DNA from: an uncultured Bacteroidales bacterium
Lineage (GTDB): Bacteria > Bacteroidota > Bacteroidia > Bacteroidales > JAAAOM01
Assembly: GCA_964486145.1 (NCBI GenBank)
Contig: CAZAMT010000002.1
Coordinates: 1-54,637 of the forward strand
DNA length: 54,637 nucleotides
Direction of reading: 5' to 3'
The notes below the pieces were generated by a model that searched no databases, had not been told where the DNA came from, and saw only the letters and a list, made by a program, of their open reading frames with translations. Of this stretch, positions 47,175-54,637 are shown in pieces (position 1 is the stretch's first letter; each line of letters opens with the position of its first letter). The position numbers and the translations under genes are program-made.

Positions 47175-49946
47175 CTATTGTACGGAATAATTAAGTAAAA
47201 AGTTGTCGTTATTCCCAACTATAAGGTTAAAGCGACTGGTTGAGGTTAATCGCCCAATACTAAACGATGTATTCCCTTTTAGTGGAAATCCTTTGTATAG
47301 ATTGCCATCATTATTTATTAGGTATATTTTATTTTCTTTTGCCGAAGTTATACCGATTTTTCGATCATTATAAGTAAAATGATAGTATGATGGTGAATGT
47401 GTAATATCTGATACAAATGTTCGGGAGAAAATTGCTTTACCATTTTGCCCAAACACTTCAAGCTTTTTGCCATCCATGAAAACAAAATCCTTTTGACCAT
47501 CGGCATTCATATCTTCAAAAATGAAATAATGTTCCGGACTATATTCTCCGATCGATTGTCTCTCTATCTTACCATCGAAGAAAATTTTTATTATATCTCC
47601 CTCTTTATTGGTTGTGACCATATTGGGAAGGGTTCCTGGTGAATTCAAATAAATTTCGTTATTTTTCGACTTTGTTATCAATTCGTTCACGGGCACCCGC
47701 ACATTACCTCTGCGACTCAGAATATAAACCCTTAATCCATCAGAAAATACTATGTAATCCTTTCTTCCAACCCTAAAATGTTTTACCGGCTCTTGTACAA
47801 TGTGCTCTGCACCTTCAAATTTCCACCCCTGTACAATATTACCCTCTAAATTGTATAAATATATTTTTTTATTCTCAGCAGGTATAAAAATCCGGTGATC
47901 ATGAGTGTTATCATAATCAAACAAAACCATTCCGGCTGTAGCTTCAGATCTCAGTGGAACAGGATATCTTTCAACATAATTACCGTTTCTGTCAATCAGA
48001 TGAATTTGAGACGGAGTTGAGAATAGAAATTGCAATTTCCCATTCTCATAAAAATCCACCTGAAAAATTTCGCTGTTTATTTGGTCATCAAGTGATTGCT
48101 TCCACAGTACCCTGCCAACTTTATTTATCAGGTATATGTTATTGTGCAGGTCTTGCACGAAAATCTCATTTTCGTTGGTGTAATGATTCTTAACAAAGGC
48201 CGGTTTGAAATTCAAGGCAGTGTCCAACAGCGTTTCCCAAACCGTATGGGCCACCTGGTTAAACTGCTTGTTATACTGCATGAATACATTTGTAAACATC
48301 CGGTTATTAGCTACATTATATTGAATACCAAAAGCTTGCACTTTTTGAAAAACATCATTGTTGTTTCTTATTCCTGATATTACCTCATCATTAAAAAACG
48401 AATTGAAAACACCTATTGATTTTGGAATGCTTGAATAAAAAAATATATTGGTTAAATCGGACATAAGCGTGGAAAAATTCATAAAAACCGGGTTGCTTGT
48501 AAGGGTTTTACCAAGAATCTTCAAATGAACAAATTTGGCTAATGATTGAGGTGATTCACCAAGTACCAAATGATTATCAATGACTGTGGCATACCTGTTA
48601 TTAGGAAAATCAAAAAAATGACCTAACAACTGATAGCTGAAATTTTTTACGGGAATTTCATAAACCGCTATTGTTGTTTTTTCATCCAGTCGAATATTCT
48701 TCTTGAAGGAATTACGGCTTCTGCTTGCATTTGATGCTGCATTGGTTATTATTTTTTCCAGGCCCTGAACAATTTTATCACCTGATTTTGCTTTAACAAC
48801 AACAAAGGGAAAATCTGTGCTGTTTTCAATGGTAGTAAATTCGGAAACAGCAAATCCAAATTCATTGTCAATAAACTTTGCAAAATCATCATAAAATGAA
48901 AAATTCAGTTGATTTTGAATTTTCTCAATGTATGCCTTTCTTTTGGAATACTTGCCCAAAAAGTTCAAGTGATCATTGTATTTTAAGAGGTACTCCGCAA
49001 AATTATCAACACCAACAACAAAAAATGTGTTGCTGCTTGCCGGAAAAATATCATATAATCCTATCCGTTGTGGAGTCTGATCTGCAAAAATATTTAAAAA
49101 TGTATTCAAAGAATCCTTCAAATGTGTGAACCCGCTAAGCATGAAGGCCTCCGGCTTTATATGCACATCAAGGCCAGCCCAACTTGCAAAATTTTCAAAG
49201 GCATTGATTACTGAATTATTTTTAGTCTTGAAAAATGTACCAAGCAATGCCGGTAGTTGATTATAGTTTATAAATATATTTCCATTAACATTTTTGCCAA
49301 TCGTTTGCTCAACATCTTGAAACTCCTCAGAATCATATATTTTTTTCGGCTGCTTCATTTGTCTTAAAGCATTCTCCAGAAGAATGGAAGAGGAACTTAA
49401 TATCATTAAATTATTCACAGTTGCGAATGACCATTCAAAAGATTCATCCTGATCATGAATCAGGATATCAGAAATTGCATATCCTTCGTATTTTCTTATT
49501 GATATATTTGCCTGACTGTCTATGTATTCATTTATCAACGATTTAACATCATTCATTGACAATTTTTCTTCAACATTCAAGTAGTATATAAAACCAATCC
49601 GATCTTTCCCGACCGCGTGCGCTGAGACACTAATCGGGCAATGCCGATAAACTTCATTTATCCGTTTGTCATTATTTGAAATGGAATCAATTTCAAAAAG
49701 AATGGTATCAACTACGTGCAATTTTGGTAATTTTCGCAATTGACCATAGACTTTATTACCATCAAAAAATGATTTCACCATGTTGTGCAATGATGCTGAA
49801 TTAAGAACAAATACGGCATCGAGCGGCACTGCATCCATCGTATTTTGTTTACCTGCAGCTCTTCCCTTCAGATATTGAAGGGAATAAACTACAATCACAC
49901 TAATTAAAATGATAGATAATGCCGCTATAATTGATTTTCTGCTCAT
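47175..49946 (-). CDS. Uncharacterised large membrane-anchored protein (possibly DUF3352-like N-terminal region) with a C-terminal beta-propeller / FG-GAP-like repeat region
   Basis: 923 aa with a single N-terminal TM segment SIIAALSIILISVIVVY. The C-terminal third carries repeated units: IHLIDRNGNYVERYPVPL, IYLYNLEGNIVQGWKF, VYILSRRGNVRVPV, LEVFGQNGKAIFS and IYLINNDGNLYKGFPLK. A DxNxDGxxD site (DMNADGQKD) is also present. Confidence 0.6.
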   Translation of the reverse strand: MSRKSIIAALSIILISVIVVYSLQYLKGRAAGKQNTMDAVPLDAVFVLNSASLHNMVKSFFDGNKVYGQLRKLPKLHVVDTILFEIDSISNNDKRINEVYRHCPISVSAHAVGKDRIGFIYYLNVEEKLSMNDVKSLINEYIDSQANISIRKYEGYAISDILIHDQDESFEWSFATVNNLMILSSSSILLENALRQMKQPKKIYDSEEFQDVEQTIGKNVNGNIFINYNQLPALLGTFFKTKNNSVINAFENFASWAGLDVHIKPEAFMLSGFTHLKDSLNTFLNIFADQTPQRIGLYDIFPASSNTFFVVGVDNFAEYLLKYNDHLNFLGKYSKRKAYIEKIQNQLNFSFYDDFAKFIDNEFGFAVSEFTTIENSTDFPFVVVKAKSGDKIVQGLEKIITNAASNASRSRNSFKKNIRLDEKTTIAVYEIPVKNFSYQLLGHFFDFPNNRYATVIDNHLVLGESPQSLAKFVHLKILGKTLTSNPVFMNFSTLMSDLTNIFFYSSIPKSIGVFNSFFNDEVISGIRNNNDVFQKVQAFGIQYNVANNRMFTNVFMQYNKQFNQVAHTVWETLLDTALNFKPAFVKNHYTNENEIFVQDLHNNIYLINKVGRVLWKQSLDDQINSEIFQVDFYENGKLQFLFSTPSQIHLIDRNGNYVERYPVPLRSEATAGMVLFDYDNTHDHRIFIPAENKKIYLYNLEGNIVQGWKFEGAEHIVQEPVKHFRVGRKDYIVFSDGLRVYILSRRGNVRVPVNELITKSKNNEIYLNSPGTLPNMVTTNKEGDIIKIFFDGKIERQSIGEYSPEHYFIFEDMNADGQKDFVFMDGKKLEVFGQNGKAIFSRTFVSDITHSPSYYHFTYNDRKIGITSAKENKIYLINNDGNLYKGFPLKGNTSFSIGRLTSTSRFNLIVGNNDNFLLNYSVQ

Positions 49947-50088
49947 AAGTTGCTAACAAAGTGCATAAAATTATGAATTAATCAACCGAAATAACAATAT
50001 TATGTAAGCTAATATTGAACGAGAAATTAACAATTGGAGTCTTTGTTTTATATATTGCAGCTTATATGAAAATTTGAACTAATAATCC

Positions 50089-50781
50089 ATGCAAAACACA
50101 TTAAAAGTATCCCCTCAAATAGAAGAAAGCTGGAAAAATCTGTTAAAAGATGAATTTCAGTCTGATTATTTTCACACATTAAAAAAATTCCTCGTGAATG
50201 AGAAAAAAAATGGTACTGTTTATCCTCCCGGAAATTATATATTTAATGCATATAATCGCACCCCTGTTGATAAAGTGAAAGTGGTGATTATTGGCCAGGA
50301 TCCGTACCATGGGAAAGGTCAGGCACATGGACTGTGCTTTTCAGTTCAAAAAGGTATACAGAAGCCTCCATCGTTGCAAAACATATTCAAGGAATTGAAA
50401 AACGATTTGAACATTTCGGTACCATCACACGGAAATTTAGAGCACTGGACTGATGAAGGGGTTTTTTTACTTAATGCAACATTAACCGTGAGAGCCTCTC
50501 ATGCTGGTTCACATCAAAACAAGGGGTGGGAAACATTTACCGATGCCACCATAGAAAAACTCTCAGAGGTGAAGAATTGCCTTGTTTTTCTGCTATGGGG
50601 AAAATTTGCGCAAGCAAAAGAAAAATTGATTGATACATCAAAACATTACATTTTAAAAGCCTCACATCCCTCCCCATTCAGCGCTCATAACGGATTTTTC
50701 GGATGCAGGCATTTTTCAAAGACCAATCAGATATTGAAACTGAAAGGCATTGATCCCATTGACTGGAAAATCCCTGATTAA
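50089..50781 (+). CDS. ung: Uracil-DNA glycosylase (family 1)
   Basis: 230 aa with GQDPYH, LLNATLTV and HPSPFSA motifs. Confidence 0.95.
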   Translation: MQNTLKVSPQIEESWKNLLKDEFQSDYFHTLKKFLVNEKKNGTVYPPGNYIFNAYNRTPVDKVKVVIIGQDPYHGKGQAHGLCFSVQKGIQKPPSLQNIFKELKNDLNISVPSHGNLEHWTDEGVFLLNATLTVRASHAGSHQNKGWETFTDATIEKLSEVKNCLVFLLWGKFAQAKEKLIDTSKHYILKASHPSPFSAHNGFFGCRHFSKTNQILKLKGIDPIDWKIPD

Positions 50782-51771
50782 TTAAAACGCTTTAAACCCT
50801 ATGATTTCACGAACAGCTCTCAAGGTTTGCCCGGCACTTTTTCTGGCTTTCTCGGCTCCCATTTTTGCCACTTTCCTTAAATAATCACTGTCATTTGAAA
50901 TTTCAATTATTTTTTCTCTGAATGGTGTTGTAAAATTTATAATGTCTTCAGCCAGTTGCTTTTTCATATCTCCATACCGGATATTGCAATTTGCATATTG
51001 ATCTTTAAAATAAATTAGTGTGTCCGGTGAAGACATTACTTCCATCAAATTGAATAAATTTTGTATGGGCTCCGTGGGTTCCTGATTTTTTTGCGTTGGA
51101 CCGCTGTCCGTAACAGCCCGCATTACTTTTTTCCGAATTGATTTTGGATCTTCTGCAAGAAAAATTCCATTACCTTCAGATTTGCCCATTTTTCCAGAGC
51201 CATCCAAACCGGGAATTTTTATCAGGTTTTCTCCAAAATTAAAAGGTTCAGGCATGGGAAAATAATCAACGCCATACATATTGTTAAACCTCCTGGCAAA
51301 TTTTCTCGACATTTCCACATGCTGCTCCTGATCTTTCCCAACAGGCACTTTATTTGCCCTGTGAATGATGATATCAGCCGTCTGTAAAACCGGGTAGGTT
51401 AATAATCCGGCATTTACATTCTCAGGTTGTTTTCGTACTTTATCTTTAAACGTTGTTGTTCGTTCCAACTCGCCAATAAAGGCATTCATATTCAGAAGTA
51501 AATATAGTTCAGGGATTTCCGGAATATCACTTTGAACATAAACCGTAGATATTTCAGGATCGATTCCTGCCGCCAGATATTCAGCAAGTACTGATTTAAC
51601 ATTACCACTCAAATCTTTTGGGTTTGGATGGGTAGTTAACGAATGCCAGTCCGCAATAAAAAAAAAGCAATGATAATTATGTTGCATTTTTACAAAATTC
51701 CTTAAAGCACCGAAGTAATTTCCAAGGTGCAGGTTGCCCGTTGGCCTGATCCCACTTAGAACTGTTTCCAT
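50782..51771 (-). CDS. trpS: Tryptophan--tRNA ligase
   Basis: 329 aa with a HIGH-type motif TGNLHLGNY and a KMSKS-type motif KMGKS. Its stop codon directly abuts the ung stop (taatta). Confidence 0.95.
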   Translation of the reverse strand: METVLSGIRPTGNLHLGNYFGALRNFVKMQHNYHCFFFIADWHSLTTHPNPKDLSGNVKSVLAEYLAAGIDPEISTVYVQSDIPEIPELYLLLNMNAFIGELERTTTFKDKVRKQPENVNAGLLTYPVLQTADIIIHRANKVPVGKDQEQHVEMSRKFARRFNNMYGVDYFPMPEPFNFGENLIKIPGLDGSGKMGKSEGNGIFLAEDPKSIRKKVMRAVTDSGPTQKNQEPTEPIQNLFNLMEVMSSPDTLIYFKDQYANCNIRYGDMKKQLAEDIINFTTPFREKIIEISNDSDYLRKVAKMGAEKARKSAGQTLRAVREIIGFKAF

Positions 51772-51826
51772 TTTTTCAACATATTTTTAAAGCTGCACAA
51801 AACTATAAAATGTAACTCAATTATTG

Positions 51827-51834
51827 TACTTTTG
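51827..51834 (+). promoter_or_regulatory. Bacteroidota -7 promoter box (TAnnTTTG) upstream of rbfA
   Basis: tacttttg lies 39 nt upstream of the ATG at 51873. Confidence 0.4.
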
Positions 51835-51872
51835 CTCGCATTCGTTGTATAATTTGAAGAACGATAAGCAAT

Positions 51873-52211
51873 ATGCCTTCAGAAAGACAGAATAAAGTAT
51901 CGCGGTTACTGCAAAAAGAAATGGGAGATATTCTGCAAAAAGACCTCAAAAATTTTGCACCCGGACACCTCATTACAGTAACGATTGTTCGAATAACAGC
52001 CGATCTAAGCCTGGCAAAATTCTATTTCAGTATATATCCTTCGGGTGATGCCCAAAAAATTTTAGGCGCTTTGAAAGATAATGATAAAAAAATAAGACAT
52101 ATTCTTGGAAATCGTATTCGCCATCAATTAAAATCAATTCCGGAAATACAGTTTTATATTGATGATTCTTTGGATTATATTGAAAAAATAGACAATTTGC
52201 TAAAAAAATAA
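51873..52211 (+). CDS. rbfA: Ribosome-binding factor A
   Basis: 112 aa with RQNKVSRLLQKEMGDIL...ITVTIVRITADLSLAKFY. Confidence 0.9.
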   Translation: MPSERQNKVSRLLQKEMGDILQKDLKNFAPGHLITVTIVRITADLSLAKFYFSIYPSGDAQKILGALKDNDKKIRHILGNRIRHQLKSIPEIQFYIDDSLDYIEKIDNLLKK

Positions 52212-52219
52212 TCCGCCAC

Positions 52220-53443
52220 TTGAATCTTTCCGTTTTCATAGCATTTAGATATCTTATCTCAAAGAAAAAACAAAATGTTATCAACATCATTTCTTTGATA
52301 TCCATCATTGGTGTTGCTGTTGGAACAGCGGCGCTGATTATCGTATTATCGGTTTTCAATGGTTTTGAACATTTGATTCACTCACTGTACAACAGTTTCG
52401 ATCCCGACATTGAAATTACTATCGCCCAGGGAAAAACCTTTCACACCGATTCTGCTAATATGAATGAAATTACCAATTTAAATGGTTTTGCAGGATATGC
52501 CGAGGTACTTGAAGAAGTTGTTTTGTTAAAACATGAAGACCGCCAATACATAGCAACAATGAAAGGAGTAGACAATGGCTATGAAGAAATGACAGGAATC
52601 GACAGTATGATGATTGCTGGTACGTTTACACTGGAAAATGAAATGCACCAGTTTGCCATTATCGGTCAGGGCATCGCCTATTTTTTGAGTACCGGCCCCG
52701 ATGCTGTGCGCCCTTTGCAGGTTTATGCAGCAAGACGCACCGGAAGGGTATCACTAAATCCGGAAAGAGCATTTAACCGGAAACTAACATTTCCTTCAGG
52801 GGTGTTTGCAATCGAACAGGAATTTGACTCAAAATACTTTATCGTTCCAATTGCTTTTAGCAGAAGTTTGTTAGAACATTCGAAGAATATCGTTAGTTCC
52901 ATCGAAATTGATGTTTCCCCTGATGCTAATTTAAATCAGGTTCAGGAGAAAATTCAAGAAATTGTAGGTGCCAGTTTTATTGTAAAAAACAGATATCAGC
53001 AAAATGAGTTATTTTATAAGGTAATGCAATCCGAAAAATGGGCAATTTTCCTAATCCTAACCTTTATTTTGATCATTGCCTCTTTTAATATTATTGGGTC
53101 ACTTACAATGTTAATTATAGACAAAAAAAATGATATCTCCATACTCAGGGATATGGGAGGAGACCGAAATCTTATCAGTCAAATATTCTTATCCGAAGGA
53201 TGGTTGATTTCTTTTGTTGGTGCAACTATAGGTTTATTTTTTGGGGTATTCATATGCTGGTTACAAAAGCGATTTGAACTCATCAAACTCAAAGGCAGCG
53301 GTTCATTTATTATCGATGCATACCCGGTGGAGATTGAATGGCTGGATGTTACAGCAGTTTTTATTACAGTTCTAATCATTGGGTTTTTAGCAGCCTGGTA
53401 TCCGGTTAAAAGGGTTGCCGTTAAGTTTAATAAATCAAATTAG
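52220..53443 (+). CDS. FtsX-like ABC transporter permease (LolC/LolE family)
   Basis: 407 aa with a TTG start at 52220. The N-terminus is FIAFRYLISKKKQN, followed by a large periplasmic loop and a C-terminal FtsX 3-TM bundle. Confidence 0.8.
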   Translation: MNLSVFIAFRYLISKKKQNVINIISLISIIGVAVGTAALIIVLSVFNGFEHLIHSLYNSFDPDIEITIAQGKTFHTDSANMNEITNLNGFAGYAEVLEEVVLLKHEDRQYIATMKGVDNGYEEMTGIDSMMIAGTFTLENEMHQFAIIGQGIAYFLSTGPDAVRPLQVYAARRTGRVSLNPERAFNRKLTFPSGVFAIEQEFDSKYFIVPIAFSRSLLEHSKNIVSSIEIDVSPDANLNQVQEKIQEIVGASFIVKNRYQQNELFYKVMQSEKWAIFLILTFILIIASFNIIGSLTMLIIDKKNDISILRDMGGDRNLISQIFLSEGWLISFVGATIGLFFGVFICWLQKRFELIKLKGSGSFIIDAYPVEIEWLDVTAVFITVLIIGFLAAWYPVKRVAVKFNKSN

Positions 53444-53788
53444 GATATTAATGTAAGAATTATGATATTTTATCAAAATTTAGTTGATGTAATAGACCCT
53501 ATTTGGAAAAAAAAAGGTTATTTTTTAATTCGTTTAAAACACAACATTTCCTCGTATACGGCTCATTTTCAGAACCAATAACTGACATCCTCCAAAAAAT
53601 AATTTTCCGTCCTTTGACCTCAAACATATTATGAACCGAACTACCGATGAGCCAATTTTCAACCAACCACAATGGTCATTCGCAACTTTGCACGATATAA
53701 TGCGTAAAACCTGAAAATGACTGGAATTGCTATTGTTTTTTTAAAATTCATTCACTTAAAGAAACTAAAAATCCAATAAAAGTAACCA

Positions 53789-54124
53789 ATGAAAACGAAA
53801 ATCAAATATTTACTGATTCTCTTTAGTTTATGCGTTTATCATACCTATGGACAAAACAGCTCTGATAAAAATAAACTTGAGTTTACATTGAGCTATGAAA
53901 AAATGGAAATTGGAAAATACGAATTGTCAATTAATATTAACCAGGGAAATCCTGTTTTTACAATTCTGATTTTTAAAAATCCGAATATTAGCAAACCCAT
54001 TAAAAAAGAAACAGATTATTACAAGACAAAATTTATACATATTATCCCTGATCCTGGTAGCTATTATATTGAAATAAGAGATGCAAATAAAAATATCAGA
54101 GGTAAATCCATTCAAATACAGTGA
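53789..54124 (+). CDS. Small secreted hypothetical protein
   Basis: 111 aa with signal peptide MKTKIKYLLILFSLCVYHTYGQ. It ends 23 nt upstream of the SprB-repeat gene. Confidence 0.5.
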   Translation: MKTKIKYLLILFSLCVYHTYGQNSSDKNKLEFTLSYEKMEIGKYELSININQGNPVFTILIFKNPNISKPIKKETDYYKTKFIHIIPDPGSYYIEIRDANKNIRGKSIQIQ

Positions 54125-54147
54125 AAATAGAGAAACAACATATAACC

Positions 54148-54637
54148 ATGAACCCTGCACGGATCATCAATAATAGCTTATATCGCTTTCCCGTAATACT
54201 TTTATTCCTTATAACAGGCTGGCAAGGTGTCGCATTTGGACAATTCGACATTTCAACATCTAAAACAGATATTACATGTAATGGATTAACAGATGGAACA
54301 ATTACAACCAATATTGTAGATGCAAATGGAGCATCATCATTTGATTACAGGCTTTACTACTCATATGATTATATTAATGGCAATCCTTGGATAACCAGAA
54401 CCGGACTTATTGGTGACCTTTCTCACCAATTTACCAATTTAGGAATAGAAAATTATGTCGTATTAGTTGTTTCTGACTTAGCAGAAACGAGCTCCGAATC
54501 CGATAGTATTTTAGAACCTGACGCACTGTCTGCAAACATCACTTCTACCAATGTGAACTGTTTTGGTGATAATACCGGAAGCATCACAATAGATAATGAA
54601 TCAGGAGGATGGGGCACATATGAATATACCATCAATG
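54148..54637 (+). CDS. N-terminal part of a large cell-surface adhesin with SprB-type repeats (partial, runs off the window)
   Basis: I translated this myself. The frame is open from the ATG at 54148 to the window end: MNPARIINNSLYRFPVILLFLITGWQGVAFGQFDISTSKTDITCNGLTDGTITTN...NVNCFGDNTGSITIDN. The h-x-C-x-G-x-x-x-G-x-I units match the SprB repeat pattern. Confidence 0.7.
   Translation, partial: MNPARIINNSLYRFPVILLFLITGWQGVAFGQFDISTSKTDITCNGLTDGTITTNIVDANGASSFDYRLYYSYDYINGNPWITRTGLIGDLSHQFTNLGIENYVVLVVSDLAETSSESDSILEPDALSANITSTNVNCFGDNTGSITIDNESGGWGTYEYTIN

Noticed and set aside
50779-50784. Stop-to-stop abutment of the convergent ung and trpS genes (taatta), and the overlapping stops of mlaF and the DUF4834 gene at 43650-43653 (ttaa).
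   Set aside because: These are real and reflect a compact genome, but they are common and carry no functional implication by themselves. No terminator hairpin can fit between the genes.
53444-53788. A 345-nt intergenic gap containing a 27-codon ORF (MNRTTDEPIFNQPQWSFATLHDIMRKT), considered as a possible gene remnant or small protein.
   Set aside because: No recognisable family motif, no ribosome-binding context and no repeat partner are present, so the evidence is insufficient.

Overview
This is a 54.6-kb chromosomal window from a low-GC Bacteroidota genome. The diagnostic content is a porP/sprF-gldK-gldL-gldM-gldN type IX secretion/gliding core, a DUF4270 gene paired with a short glycogen-synthase-like gene, rpoN next to asnS, TAnnTTTG -7 promoter boxes, and a SprB-repeat adhesin at the right edge. 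About 50 tightly packed protein genes are present, and most are housekeeping. They include ald, yhhQ, waaA, holB, pgk, a class II RNR (nrdJ), ltaE, rpoN, asnS, glmS, panCD, rfaE2, radA, PBP1A, topA, mlaEF, ung, trpS, rbfA and a LolE-like permease. I saw no rRNA, tRNA, CRISPR array, transposase, integrase or recognisable defence or toxin genes. All family assignments come from motif recognition in the supplied translations, not from database searches. Five things stand out. (1) Three uncharacterised envelope genes form an apparent operon at 44017-49946: an inner-membrane-anchored 923-aa protein with a beta-propeller-like C-terminus, a 544-aa lipoprotein and a 486-aa outer-membrane barrel. (2) An inverted repeat pair (1-162 and 13644-13856) brackets 13.5 kb of essential genes. 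It contains an 86-nt perfectly identical core, appears to derive from a small DUF1992/DnaJC28-like gene, and its internal copy is visibly pseudogenised. (3) An ECF sigma / anti-sigma / two LTXXQ (CpxP/Spy/ZraP-like) protein module sits at 14541-16714. (4) An arginase-fold protein with degenerate metal ligands lies directly upstream of the T9SS core. (5) A 491-nt ORF-free leader precedes nrdJ. Nothing here is an obvious novel defence-type system, so the hypotheses are graded accordingly.
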